From NCBI GenBank assembly GCA_965230995.1, contig OZ246398.1:592213-656212 (forward strand): DNA of 64,000 nucleotides, given 5' to 3'. Both the position numbers and the translations under genes were made by a program. The stretch comes from an uncultured Candidatus Saccharibacteria bacterium. Its GTDB lineage: Bacteria; Patescibacteriota; Minisyncoccia; Phycocordibacterales; G965230995. Position 1 is the stretch's first letter. Each line of letters opens with the position of its first letter. Under the pieces are notes generated by a model that was not told where the DNA came from, did not search any database, and saw only the letters and a list, made by a program, of their open reading frames with translations. This document shows positions 29,206-38,213 of the stretch, one piece after another.

Positions 29206-30591
29206 ATGGAAAAGAAAAACTTGCGAATACCTCCGCACAATAAAGAGGCAGAAATGGCACTTTTGGGTTCTATAATGCTTAGGCCGGATGCCATTCATGA
29301 AATAAACGATATTATATCTGCCGATTCTTTTTATTTCGACAAACACAAAACAATTTTTAATCATATGATGGAGCTTATGAAAAAAACAGCTCCTATCGAT
29401 TTGCTTTCCCTATCTGCCAGATTAAAAGAAACTGGCGACCTCGAAAAAGTTGGCGGACAAACATATCTCGTTGAACTTACAGAAATCGTTCCGTCTGCTG
29501 CAAACGTAAAGCACTATGCAGAAATAGTATTAAAGAAATATATGATGAGAAATCTCATCGAAGCTTCCGAATATATTTCAAATCTAGGATACGATGAAAA
29601 CACATCTGAACTCGAAGAGATTTTAGATAAAGCAGAGAAAAAAGTTTACGATGTAACCAACTTTTCTACTACACACAAATTTATCGAACTCAAAGAAGAA
29701 TTAAACGAGGCATGGGAGAGATTCGACAGACTACACAATTCGACCGAAGCAATGCGTGGTGTACCTTCTGGATTTAGGGATATAGACAATTTTCTCGCTG
29801 GTTTTCAGCCATCAGACCTCATTATTCTCGCTGCGAGACCTTCTATGGGAAAGACTGCCCTTGCTCTAGACTTTGCTCGAAATGCAGCTATTCAACATAA
29901 TAAAAAAGTAGGAATATTTTCTCTTGAAATGAGCTCGCAACAGCTTGTTGATAGAATGCTCGCCGCCCAAGCAAACGTAGACGCATGGAAAATGCGAACT
30001 GGTAAAATAACAGCCGAAGATGACTTTGGTGCAATCAGAGCAGCTCTCGATTCCCTATCGTCCGCACCGATATTTATCGATGATCAACCTGGAAATAACA
30101 TTCTCAAAATGAGATCTGTTGCAAGAAGACTTCAGCGAGAAAAAGGCCTTGATTTGATTCTTGTTGACTATCTCCAACTTATGACCCCAATCGGAAATTT
30201 TAAAAGCGATTCCACAGTTCAACAAGTGACAGAAATTTCTAGATCATTAAAAAATCTAGCAAGAGACCTGAAAGTTCCAGTGATTGCCCTGTCACAGCTT
30301 TCCCGAGCTGTCGAAGCGCGCGGTGGTAGACCGAGACTTTCAGACCTGCGAGACTCTGGTTCTATCGAACAAGATGCCGATGTTGTTATGTTCATACACA
30401 GAGAAAAAGACGAGACTGGCGAGAAAGCAAGAGAAAACAATGCCGAAATATTAATCGAAAAGCACAGAAACGGTGCCACAGGAACAGTAAAGCTATATTT
30501 CAACGACAAGAAAGCAACATTCCAAACAGTCGAAAAAGCCGAATTTGGAGCGGATTTTGGCCCACAAGCAGATGGTTTGGAGGATTTCTAA
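29206..30591 (+). CDS. dnaB: Replicative DNA helicase.
   Basis: ARPSMGKTALALDFA Walker A; DnaB N- and C-terminal layout. Confidence 0.9.
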   Translation: MEKKNLRIPPHNKEAEMALLGSIMLRPDAIHEINDIISADSFYFDKHKTIFNHMMELMKKTAPIDLLSLSARLKETGDLEKVGGQTYLVELTEIVPSAANVKHYAEIVLKKYMMRNLIEASEYISNLGYDENTSELEEILDKAEKKVYDVTNFSTTHKFIELKEELNEAWERFDRLHNSTEAMRGVPSGFRDIDNFLAGFQPSDLIILAARPSMGKTALALDFARNAAIQHNKKVGIFSLEMSSQQLVDRMLAAQANVDAWKMRTGKITAEDDFGAIRAALDSLSSAPIFIDDQPGNNILKMRSVARRLQREKGLDLILVDYLQLMTPIGNFKSDSTVQQVTEISRSLKNLARDLKVPVIALSQLSRAVEARGGRPRLSDLRDSGSIEQDADVVMFIHREKDETGEKARENNAEILIEKHRNGATGTVKLYFNDKKATFQTVEKAEFGADFGPQADGLEDF

Positions 30592-30594
30592 TAT

Positions 30595-31212
30595 ATGAAC
30601 GAAATACACAATTTAGCTGAATATTTAAGAGAATTGCCCGGAATAGGCCCGAGACAGGCAAAACGTCTCGCCTATTATCTCGTAAGAAGACAAGATGATT
30701 TAGCATTGAAATTATCAGAAGCAATTAGGAAAGCTAGATCAAGCACGATTATTTGTGGAAAATGCCAAAGATTACACACAAAAACTAGCGCTCAGTTTTG
30801 TGATATCTGTTCTGGCAAAAGAGACAGCACACTGCTAATTTTACCAACAGATACTGACCTAGATCATGTAGAAAAAACCGGTGCGTATAGTGGATACTAT
30901 TTTGTGTTGGGTGGAACCGTCCCAATCCTTGAAAAAGAACCGGAGAAAAAAATAAGGGTTAGAAAATTATTTTCTTTACTTGAATCAGAAACATATCCTA
31001 ATCTAAATGAAATTATTTTGGCGTTTAATGCAAATCCCGAGGGTGACAATACTGTCGATTATCTAAAAGAAAAACTTGCGCCTTTGTGTGAAAAAAAGAA
31101 TATTACAATATCAACTTTAGCGAGAGGTCTATCTACAGGATCAGAACTAGAATATTCTGACAAAAACACACTAGACAACGCCCTAAAATACCGCATCCAC
31201 GATATTATTTAA
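30595..31212 (+). CDS. recR: Recombination protein RecR.
   Basis: HhH LPGIGPRQAKRLAYYL, a C4 zinc finger and a Toprim domain. Confidence 0.9.
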   Translation: MNEIHNLAEYLRELPGIGPRQAKRLAYYLVRRQDDLALKLSEAIRKARSSTIICGKCQRLHTKTSAQFCDICSGKRDSTLLILPTDTDLDHVEKTGAYSGYYFVLGGTVPILEKEPEKKIRVRKLFSLLESETYPNLNEIILAFNANPEGDNTVDYLKEKLAPLCEKKNITISTLARGLSTGSELEYSDKNTLDNALKYRIHDII

Positions 31213-31215
31213 CAA

Positions 31216-31250
31216 AGCAAAACCGCCTGAAATTTGGCGGTTTTGTTTTG
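31216..31250. terminator. Bidirectional terminator.
   Basis: aaaccgcc-tgaaattt-ggcggtttt. Confidence 0.7.
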
Positions 31251-31251
31251 A

Positions 31252-31569
31252 TTATTTAAGAGAATCAATTTTGACTTTGAAATATTCTTGTCTGTGTCCG
31301 TTGATTTTTAGTCTGTTGCTCTTTGCTTTGTATCGAAATACTCGGACTTTTTTGTTTCGGTCTATTCTTTCGATAGTTCCAGAAACCTTTGCTCCTTTTA
31401 CTTCTGGCTCACCAATTACGGTATCCTTTCCATCAAAAGCAAGGAGGACTCGGTCAAAGACAATTTTGTCTCCAGCCTTGTATTCACCTTTTATTTTCTC
31501 TATTTTTATTGATTGTCCAGGAGAAACTTTGTACTGCTTTCCTCCGGTTTTTATTACTGAAAATTCCAT
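31252..31569 (-). CDS. rplU: 50S ribosomal protein L21.
   Basis: MEFSVIKTGGKQYKVSPGQ. Confidence 0.9.
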   Translation of the reverse strand: MEFSVIKTGGKQYKVSPGQSIKIEKIKGEYKAGDKIVFDRVLLAFDGKDTVIGEPEVKGAKVSGTIERIDRNKKVRVFRYKAKSNRLKINGHRQEYFKVKIDSLK

Positions 31570-31649
31570 AGTCGCTATACTTTAAACTACTTTTCGAAAA
31601 AAAGCAAGGGTAAAAAGCCTCAAAAACAGTCAATTTTATGGCTATAAAT

Positions 31650-32729
31650 CTACTCTTCTGACGGCTTCTCGATTGTTCCACTCTCTATACCTACTGAATC
31701 CCCTGTTATTTTATATACATCTTTGTCGATTTTTTTGAATTCTTTTGTCGAATTATTGTAATGGTTTACAACAGTTCCGAGCGACGTTCCTAGTTTTGTA
31801 TGTAATTCCTCGTATCGATCCAAATGTCTTTTCAGTTCTGCCACTTGTTTACCGATTAATTTTGCTGATTCTTCAATTTTAAATGCTTTAAAGCCATACA
31901 GGACAGAGTGAAGATATGCTGAAAAAGTCGTTGGCGAAACTATGATGACTTTTTTGTCGTTATAAGCATAATCAATGAGGCTTCTTGAATTTACCGTCAC
32001 GCCTACTTCGTTTACTATCAAATCATAGTAGATTCCTTCGGCAGGTATAAACATAAAAGCAAATGGTAGTGTCCCCTCTTCTGGTCTAATATATTTTGCT
32101 GTTTCGTCAATTCTCTTTTTTAGGTCGTTTGCAAATTCTTTCTGCAAGGCTTCTTTTCTTTCTGCATCATCTTCGTTTATAAACCTACTGTAGTTATCAA
32201 GAGAAAATTTTGCATCAACTGGAATTATTCCATCTTTTGTTTTGATTACTGCATCGGCTTTGTCGCTGTTTTTAAACAAATATTGTAGTTCGTATGATTC
32301 AGGAGGAAGCATATTGGACAATATTAATTCAAGACCTGCTTCACCGAGGTTTCCTCTTTGTTTTTGATTTTTCAAAACTTTTTCAAGTGAATGTAGCTGT
32401 TCTGCAATCTTGACGACTTGTTTGCTTGATTCGTTGGTTTGAGTGATTTCCTTTGTGACACTCATCAAATGTTTGGTGACTTCGTTGTTTATGTCTCTCA
32501 TCAACATCTGAGATTGAGACATCTGATTTTGCATCGAATTCTGAACCATTTTTGTGGTTTCGCCAATTTTGGAATCGACCGTTCTAGATAGTTCGTTTAT
32601 CTGCGACAAAAGCAAATTCACAGCTCCATCGTCTTTTTTTTGCTCGGTTGTTTTTTTGAGCAAAATAATAATGTACGCAAACAATGCAATTACAACCAAA
32701 ATCCCTACAAAAATTAAAGTTTCTAACAT
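31650..32729 (-). CDS. rmuC: DNA recombination protein RmuC.
   Basis: N-terminal TM, long coiled coil, and a RmuC C-terminal nuclease-like domain. Confidence 0.75.
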   Translation of the reverse strand: MLETLIFVGILVVIALFAYIIILLKKTTEQKKDDGAVNLLLSQINELSRTVDSKIGETTKMVQNSMQNQMSQSQMLMRDINNEVTKHLMSVTKEITQTNESSKQVVKIAEQLHSLEKVLKNQKQRGNLGEAGLELILSNMLPPESYELQYLFKNSDKADAVIKTKDGIIPVDAKFSLDNYSRFINEDDAERKEALQKEFANDLKKRIDETAKYIRPEEGTLPFAFMFIPAEGIYYDLIVNEVGVTVNSRSLIDYAYNDKKVIIVSPTTFSAYLHSVLYGFKAFKIEESAKLIGKQVAELKRHLDRYEELHTKLGTSLGTVVNHYNNSTKEFKKIDKDVYKITGDSVGIESGTIEKPSEE

Positions 32730-32795
32730 ATCTAAAGTATATCAAGTAACAGGTTTTCGTGATACTATGTGAATATACACAAATAATATATTTTT

Positions 32796-33251
32796 ATGAC
32801 AATAGCAGAAAATATAAAGAAATTGACAATAGAAGCGATGAAGGCCAAAGATCCTCTACGAACAGACACGCTTCGTGGATTAACTGCTGGTTTTGTTAGC
32901 GAGCTCACTTCACAAAAGAGACCTCCTAATGATCCTGTGACTGACGAAATTGCTTTGGCAGTAATCAAAAGACAAGTAAAGCAAAGAAAGGATTCTATCG
33001 AACAATTTACAAAAGGTGGTAGACCAGAATTGGCAGATAAAGAAAAATTGGAGCTTACGATACTCGAAAGTTTTCTCCCAGCACAAATGAGCGAAGAGGA
33101 AATTGAAAAAATTGTGAGCGCCAAAATGACAGAGCTCGGTGTAACAGATAAAAGCGGTATGGGAAAACTAATGGGAGCAGTAATGAAAGAAACGGGCGGA
33201 AATGCAGACGGAGCAATTGTAAAGAAAATAATAGAATCAAAGTTTAATTAA
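32796..33251 (+). CDS. GatB/YqeY-domain protein.
   Basis: YqeY-like helical repeats; typical size. Confidence 0.7.
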   Translation: MTIAENIKKLTIEAMKAKDPLRTDTLRGLTAGFVSELTSQKRPPNDPVTDEIALAVIKRQVKQRKDSIEQFTKGGRPELADKEKLELTILESFLPAQMSEEEIEKIVSAKMTELGVTDKSGMGKLMGAVMKETGGNADGAIVKKIIESKFN

Positions 33252-33258
33252 AAAATTC

Positions 33259-33297
33259 CACCCGCCGAAGGCTCTGCCTTCGGCGGGTTTCGTTTCT
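33259..33297. terminator. Bidirectional GC hairpin terminator.
   Basis: cccgccgaagg-ctct-gccttcggcggg followed by ttt. Confidence 0.7.
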
Positions 33298-33299
33298 GC

Positions 33300-33560
33300 T
33301 CAGTTGAGGTGTTTGGAATCGTAGATCTCCTTGCTTTTAGCGAGAAAGAGATTCCTCAAATCACCCAGAACTGCCAGAAACTTGGGGTAGGCTTCGGGAT
33401 GACGAGGCGAGATGTAAACAGAGACGTTTACACCAACACCGTTGCGAGAGAGTTCGAACCGAAGACCTTCGATTCGAAGATTCTTCATCACCATCTCGAC
33501 AGCACACAAAGAGACCATCTCCTCGACAGAAAACACGTGATCAGCATTGCGAGTACACAT
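33300..33560 (-). CDS. Hypothetical small protein (86 aa) in a GC-rich island.
   Basis: GGAGGGGG SD 6 nt before the ATG (MCTRNADHVF...). A TTTCCA-aagc-TGGAAA palindrome lies upstream. Confidence 0.4.
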   Translation of the reverse strand: MCTRNADHVFSVEEMVSLCAVEMVMKNLRIEGLRFELSRNGVGVNVSVYISPRHPEAYPKFLAVLGDLRNLFLAKSKEIYDSKHLN

Positions 33561-33812
33561 CTCGGCCCCCTCCGTTAAAGAACTAGTTTCCAGAATCACC
33601 ATGACTCTGGAAACTAGGAGCAAATATTGCGCATAATTTCCAAAGCTGGAAACAGAAAGTCCCCTTTCGGGGACTTTCTTTACGCAATTAACGATTTTTA
33701 GACTATTTCAGTTTTTGCATACAAAGAAAGCTCCCGAAGGGGATTCCCAGCAGCAGACCCAAAACTGAAATATTTAACTTCATAAATTAATAATATCAAC
33801 TAAATGTTTGCT

Positions 33813-33846
33813 GTCAAACAAAAAGGGTGCGCGCAAGGCACACCCA
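33813..33846 (-). terminator. Rho-independent terminator on the minus strand.
   Basis: gggtgtgc-cttgc-gcgcaccc followed by a T5 run on the minus strand. Confidence 0.55.
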
Positions 33847-33856
33847 CACAAAAGGA

Positions 33857-34051
33857 TCAGGGCTGACGGAGTGAAAAAGTGCCATCGGGCAACTTCACCA
33901 CACCAGCCTTCTCCATACCCAAATTGAACCACCTCCTCGCAAGCTGTTGGTCCTCCGCAGGCATTTTCGGAATGGAAGGACCATTTTGAAATGCCAAGAA
34001 AATCCGATTAGGATCAGGAGAACCGACTTGCACTACAGTTTGTTCGCTCAT
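33857..34051 (-). CDS. Hypothetical small protein (64 aa), co-regulated with the PDT-like gene.
   Basis: GTGGAGG SD 6 nt before ATG (MSEQTVVQ...). GC-rich. Own copy of the conserved upstream operator. Confidence 0.45.
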   Translation of the reverse strand: MSEQTVVQVGSPDPNRIFLAFQNGPSIPKMPAEDQQLARRWFNLGMEKAGVVKLPDGTFSLRQP

Positions 34052-34081
34052 ACCAAACCTCCACACAATGTTGTTGACGTT

Positions 34082-34158
34082 AAAGAACTATTGGTACAAC
34101 ATTTTGTACCAAAATGTAGCTACGTAAATACATAACGACATTTTGATAAAAAACAAAA
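34082..34158 (-). promoter_or_regulatory. Promoter/operator region, copy A. Contains the palindrome GGTACAAC-ATTT-TGTACC.
   Basis: About 75 nt, near-identical to 35081-35157. Both lie upstream of minus-strand genes. Confidence 0.55.
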
Positions 34159-34210
34159 TTAATTTTGGGCTGGGCTGTCGTTTCTCTCCGACAGCCCTTC
34201 CCAATTTGAC

Positions 34211-35062
34211 TCAGTCCCTCACCTCAAAGGGACCAAAGATTTGGTTTTTTGTCACACACAAAGAGAAGAGCTTGCGAGCAATACGAAACCTCCACAGAGC
34301 ACTCCGCTTCATCTCGACTTCGACGCCGAAATGATACGTGCCGTTCTCGATATGAACAGAATGAATCTGCGTCATATTAATCCCGAGAAGCACAAGCGGA
34401 GTGAGAGCAAGCCACAGAGCCCCAGGTATGTTGTGTACCTGGAACGTGAGCACTGCTCTGTTCGTCTTGCCCACCGCCCCAGACACACCACCCGGTGCAA
34501 GCAGGTAGAATGTCGTGACGGCCGGTTCGTCTTCGAATCCCTCGATGAGGACATCGAGACCATAGACCTGGGCGTTCGCAACCGGCCCGAGACAAGCCCA
34601 GTTCTGGTAGCTTTCGTCCTCGGCTACCAATCTCGATGCTTCGCCATTGCTCGGAACCTCCATCGTTTTGACTTGAAGACTACCGACCTTCGCCTTGCAT
34701 GCACCAAAGGACTTTTGATGCCCGATGATGCCAGCGACCTGCTCGATACTCATACCCTTCCTCGCCATCAAGGCAAAAGTAATGGGCATTTTGTATCCAG
34801 CAACGATCGCAGGTACACTGCCCGTGCGAAGAAGAGCGATAAGCGCATCGAGAGACTCGGTCACGCGACCCTGAGCCAGAGTCTCGACAGCAAGAGCGCC
34901 CCAAGCCGATTTCGTCATCACCACAGACACAACATCACCATTTCTGGCAGTCGGAATGTAGTTTCGATCGGAAACAGCAGGAGCCCCAAAGTTCTGGACG
35001 AAGTACTCATATGCTACATGAGTAAACGTAGAACCAAACGGCCCGAGATAAGTAACATTCAT
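34211..35062 (-). CDS. pheA: Prephenate dehydratase-like protein (PDT domain plus C-terminal ACT domain).
   Basis: N-terminal VTYLGPFGSTFTHVAY, a TTF motif corresponding to the catalytic TRF, and an ACT-like C-terminus with the ESRP motif diverged. GC-rich. Confidence 0.6.
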   Translation of the reverse strand: MNVTYLGPFGSTFTHVAYEYFVQNFGAPAVSDRNYIPTARNGDVVSVVMTKSAWGALAVETLAQGRVTESLDALIALLRTGSVPAIVAGYKMPITFALMARKGMSIEQVAGIIGHQKSFGACKAKVGSLQVKTMEVPSNGEASRLVAEDESYQNWACLGPVANAQVYGLDVLIEGFEDEPAVTTFYLLAPGGVSGAVGKTNRAVLTFQVHNIPGALWLALTPLVLLGINMTQIHSVHIENGTYHFGVEVEMKRSALWRFRIARKLFSLCVTKNQIFGPFEVRD

Positions 35063-35080
35063 CGTAGATCCCTCTCTTTA

Positions 35081-35157
35081 GTGTGATTGTAAAGAACTCT
35101 CGGTACAACGTTTTGTACCAAAGTGTTGCTGTGTAATACATAGCGACATTTTGATAC
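35081..35157 (-). promoter_or_regulatory. Promoter/operator region, copy B. Contains the palindrome GGTACAAC-GTTT-TGTACC.
   Basis: Direct-repeat copy of 34082-34158. Confidence 0.55.
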
Positions 35158-35180
35158 AAAACAAAAGCCCCGCTTACGCG
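35154..35180. terminator. GC hairpin terminator, with a degenerate second copy at 35218-35245.
   Basis: aaaagccccgc-ttac-gcggggctttt. Confidence 0.6.
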
Positions 35181-35314
35181 GGGCTTTTGCTGTAGTTTCA
35201 TTTCTCTTTTTTAAATACTAGCAAAATTCCCCGCTACGCGGTTATATGCAAAAAAGAAAAATGAAAACCAATTTGACTTCATATTTAAATACTATCAGTT
35301 TAGAGTATTTTTTG

Positions 35315-36385
35315 TCAAATACCCTTTTCTATTCTCTTACAGATATCAGAAATGATATGCGGGCCTTCGTATATCATCCCAGTAATCAATTGCACCAAGT
35401 CTGCGCCGGCATTAATTTTTTCTATCGCATCATCGGCACTCATAATTCCACCACAACCGATAATGGTCATTTTGTTTCCGACTTTTGATCTGGTTTTTTT
35501 AATTAATTTTGTCGACAATTCTCTGCATGGATCACCAGACATTCCACCTCTCGCCTTTCCGCTTGCTTCTTCGGGATGTTTTAGACAAGATATTTCTTTG
35601 TTTAGATTTCCAATCACATATCCTTTTACAAAAGGAAATTTAAGCGACACATCAATTAATTTTGAAAAATCTTCCCATTCGAGATTTATTGGCATTTTCA
35701 AATATACAGGTTTATCTGTTTTAATTTTAGCCAATTGCACAAGGAGCATTTGGAGAGCGTGCGGTGTTGCATATGCTTCGCCACAATATGAATTTGGGCA
35801 AGAAATATTTATGGTGTAATAGTCGCCTATTTTTTCTTTGTTCAGTCTTTCAAAAGAATATACATAATCCTCTACCCCACCCTCGAGAGTTTTACACAAG
35901 ACATCATTCGTTCTTGCTATGCTCACACCAATAACAAAATCCTTCGGTATATGTGATTTTTTAATTCTACGAATTACAGTATCAACTCCATCGTTTCGGA
36001 GACCTTTTCTCACGATAATACTTCCTGATTTTTTGAGCCTAATTAAACGAGGCTTTCTATTCCCTTCACAAGCTCTCGCTGTGACAGAGCCGATTTCTTC
36101 ACCACCAAAACCGAGCGAAGCAAGTATCCCTGTAAGTTTTCCATTGTAATCAAAACCAGCAGAAAGCAGGACTGGCGTTTTGTATTTTATTCCATCAATT
36201 GTTTTTGAAATGTCTTTGCCATGATACCCATACAACAAAGAAATAATTTTTCTACTGATAGAAAAATACCCAAGTAATCTTCCTTTTGCAATGAAAATAT
36301 TATGAACAAATTCCGGATCAAAGATAAACAGAAATGGTTTTAGGATATAGCGGTATAAAAATTTCATATAGGCATTATATATCAA
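35315..36385 (-). CDS. pyrD: Dihydroorotate dehydrogenase (class 2-like).
   Basis: TIM-barrel motifs NISCPNS and IGCGGI, with an N-terminal membrane-association helix. Confidence 0.75.
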   Translation of the reverse strand: MIYNAYMKFLYRYILKPFLFIFDPEFVHNIFIAKGRLLGYFSISRKIISLLYGYHGKDISKTIDGIKYKTPVLLSAGFDYNGKLTGILASLGFGGEEIGSVTARACEGNRKPRLIRLKKSGSIIVRKGLRNDGVDTVIRRIKKSHIPKDFVIGVSIARTNDVLCKTLEGGVEDYVYSFERLNKEKIGDYYTINISCPNSYCGEAYATPHALQMLLVQLAKIKTDKPVYLKMPINLEWEDFSKLIDVSLKFPFVKGYVIGNLNKEISCLKHPEEASGKARGGMSGDPCRELSTKLIKKTRSKVGNKMTIIGCGGIMSADDAIEKINAGADLVQLITGMIYEGPHIISDICKRIEKGI

Positions 36386-36389
36386 AGAA

Positions 36390-36404
36390 TATGGAAAAAA
36401 TAGC
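36390..36404. repeat. 15-bp perfect direct repeat tatggaaaaaatagc, left copy.
   Basis: Identical copy at 36838-36852. Together they bracket the GC-rich element. Confidence 0.7.
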
Positions 36405-36837
36405 TAATATAAAGTATGATTTACACGGGTTCCAACACCAACGACGAAAGGAGGATACATGCACAGCCCGAATGCCTGACGAATCTCATTTCTGTATAAT
36501 GGGCCAACCACCAAAACCGACCCCACAGGCTAATTTGGGGCACGGCTACAGGGTCATGGTGGACATGTTCTTCGGAGCAAGCCTTCGCACCGGATGCCTA
36601 CCAAGTGAGTTAGGAAAAGAAGGGCGAAGTTTGTGGGTTTGCTCAATGGGAATATGCTGTTGTTCCCCCAAGGACGTACAACCCGATCAACCACGAAGTG
36701 GTAAACAACAGGTGGTAGTGATACCACGGTGTCTGGTAGACACACCCAGATGAAGTGGCTTTGCCCACATACTCTACCAAATTCCGGTGCGTCAGCAATG
36801 ACGCACCAATTTATTTATCGAGAAATAATGATTTTAA
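36405..36837 (+). ncRNA. Unclassified GC-rich structured non-coding element ending in a hairpin plus U-tract terminator.
   Basis: No credible ORF on either strand. Multiple GC stems. Terminator ggtgcgtca-gcaa-tgacgcacc plus a T-run at 36786-36818. Flanked by 15-bp direct repeats. Confidence 0.4.
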
Positions 36838-36852
36838 TATGGAAAAAATAGC
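36838..36852. repeat. 15-bp perfect direct repeat tatggaaaaaatagc, right copy.
   Basis: See the left copy at 36390-36404. Confidence 0.7.
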
Positions 36853-36981
36853 AGTTTGTGCTATATTATGAAAGTTCTAAATAGAACAATGGCCTTATCG
36901 TTAAATGAAGAAAGGAGCGATAGCGACTATTCTGAATTTATGCCAGAGCCAAAAATATAGAGACATAATTGAATATAAATT

Positions 36982-37054
36982 GGCCTTATCGTCTAACGGT
37001 TAGGACGAAGCCTTCTCAAGGCTTAAATCGGGGTTCGATTCCCCGTAAGGTCAC
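36982..37054 (+). tRNA. tRNA-Glu (anticodon CUC), no encoded CCA.
   Basis: Cloverleaf folded by hand. Acceptor GGCCTTA/TAAGGTC. Anticodon stem AAGCC/GGCTT with loop TTCTCAA. T-arm CGGGG-TTCGATT-CCCCG. Confidence 0.8.
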
Positions 37055-37056
37055 AT

Positions 37057-37104
37057 AAAACAGTTAGTCCGGATGCGAATAGCATTCGGGCTTTACTGTT
37101 TTAC
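37057..37104 (+). terminator. Structured terminator after the tRNA.
   Basis: aaaacagt...actgtttt outer stem enclosing ccggatgc/gcattcgg. Confidence 0.5.
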
Positions 37105-37410
37105 TGAACATATGGGAATCGAAAGACGGAGCCGGTATACAAGATTTTACGAAATGAAATGGAGTAAAATACTTGTCGGCGAGTCGGGGTCGCGACCTTC
37201 GTTGCGGAGATTTATCGAAGCAGAAGAGTTGTGACCGATTCCCCGTTTGAAGTGATAGCGAACAATTATACTTAGTGACTCGTGATCACAGCAATTAAAT
37301 AAATAGGAAACCTATACTGTCCATGTAATGGAAGATTTCCCGTAGGGATACATCTCCCATAACTTTAAATATGGCATTTTGGAATAATACGCAATGGAAT
37401 ATTATTATAT

Positions 37411-37638
37411 ATGCATATGCCAAGAGCAATTTATAATGATGAACATAAGGAAATTATTGAACGCTTAAAACAGGCTCGTCTTGAAGCTGATCTCGGTCAA
37501 ATTGAAGTAGCTGAAAAACTCGGCAGAACTCAGTCATATGTCTCAAAAATAGAATCGGGACAGAGACGCCTTGACGTTTTGCAACTTAAAGAGTTTGCAA
37601 AACTTTATAAAAAATCGCTAGATTTTTTCGTTAAATAA
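37411..37638 (+). CDS. XRE-family HTH regulator; probable controller (C) protein of an R-M system.
   Basis: 75-aa HTH_3 domain (QIEVAEKLGRTQSYVSKIESG). Its stop lies 2 nt before the downstream gene, the classic C-R arrangement. Confidence 0.6.
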   Translation: MHMPRAIYNDEHKEIIERLKQARLEADLGQIEVAEKLGRTQSYVSKIESGQRRLDVLQLKEFAKLYKKSLDFFVK

Positions 37639-37640
37639 TT

Positions 37641-38213
37641 ATGAAAATTTTAGAACATAAAGCAAAAGTATTTGGTCAAGAATGTAAGCTTGAACTTATG
37701 CATTTTAATAAAAATGATGGAAAGGAATGGAAAAGAATTTTTGATATTTGGAAAGAGTTAAAGCTTGGTTTGAGAGGTTATAAATCCCGTGAACCAAATA
37801 TGCCTGAGGGCTTATCAGAAGTCGCCTTTTGTCTTTGGTCGGGTTCTGCGAGATATATAAAATTAAAAGGCGCCAAGAAAGGAATAGCTGGTTCATTTGA
37901 TACTTTTAATTTAAAGTCAAACAAGGCTCAACAAATAAAAGCTTGTAGTATTGAAGATGATCTAACTTCCTTTGGACCAAAATCAAAATGGGACGATTTG
38001 TATTTTGTGGATTTTTATAACGGCGGTAAAATTGATGGTAAATTTGATATCTATTTAATTCCTAATAAATACATCAAAAATCAATCATTGAATAAGAAAG
38101 AATCTTTTACAGATCAGCAGGCACAAAAAAGACGACCTCGTTTTGGAATTAAAAAACAAATTATTACAAAATATAAAATCAAACCTCTAGCTAGTAAGGT
38201 AAAAGTTTGGTAA
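37641..38213 (+). CDS. Putative type II restriction endonuclease (hypothetical).
   Basis: Position follows the C gene and is convergent with the MTase. No clear family match. Possible degenerate D...(E/Q)xK. Confidence 0.35.
   Translation: MKILEHKAKVFGQECKLELMHFNKNDGKEWKRIFDIWKELKLGLRGYKSREPNMPEGLSEVAFCLWSGSARYIKLKGAKKGIAGSFDTFNLKSNKAQQIKACSIEDDLTSFGPKSKWDDLYFVDFYNGGKIDGKFDIYLIPNKYIKNQSLNKKESFTDQQAQKRRPRFGIKKQIITKYKIKPLASKVKVW

Noticed and set aside
34241-35086. 281-aa plus-strand ORF.
   Set aside because: It lies antisense to the PDT-like gene, which has clear family motifs. Long antisense ORFs are expected in GC-rich sequence.
36334-36753. 139-aa ORF across the GC-rich element.
   Set aside because: Cys/Pro/Arg-rich nonsense composition and no RBS. 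It sits inside a region better explained as structured RNA.
36405-36837. Tried to assign the GC-rich structured element to tmRNA, RNase P RNA, SRP RNA or 6S RNA.
   Set aside because: There is no TTCGA T-arm or GGGG/CCCC-ACCA acceptor pairing for tmRNA. There are only loose resemblances to RNase P P4/J11-12 strings, and in the wrong order. No SRP domain IV motif. It is left as unclassified pending cmscan.
36982-37054. The tRNA first appeared to have anticodon UCA (selenocysteine or UGA-suppressor, relevant to recoded CPR lineages).
   Set aside because: Re-indexing the cloverleaf puts the anticodon loop as TTCTCAA with CUC at positions 34-36. This is an ordinary tRNA-Glu.
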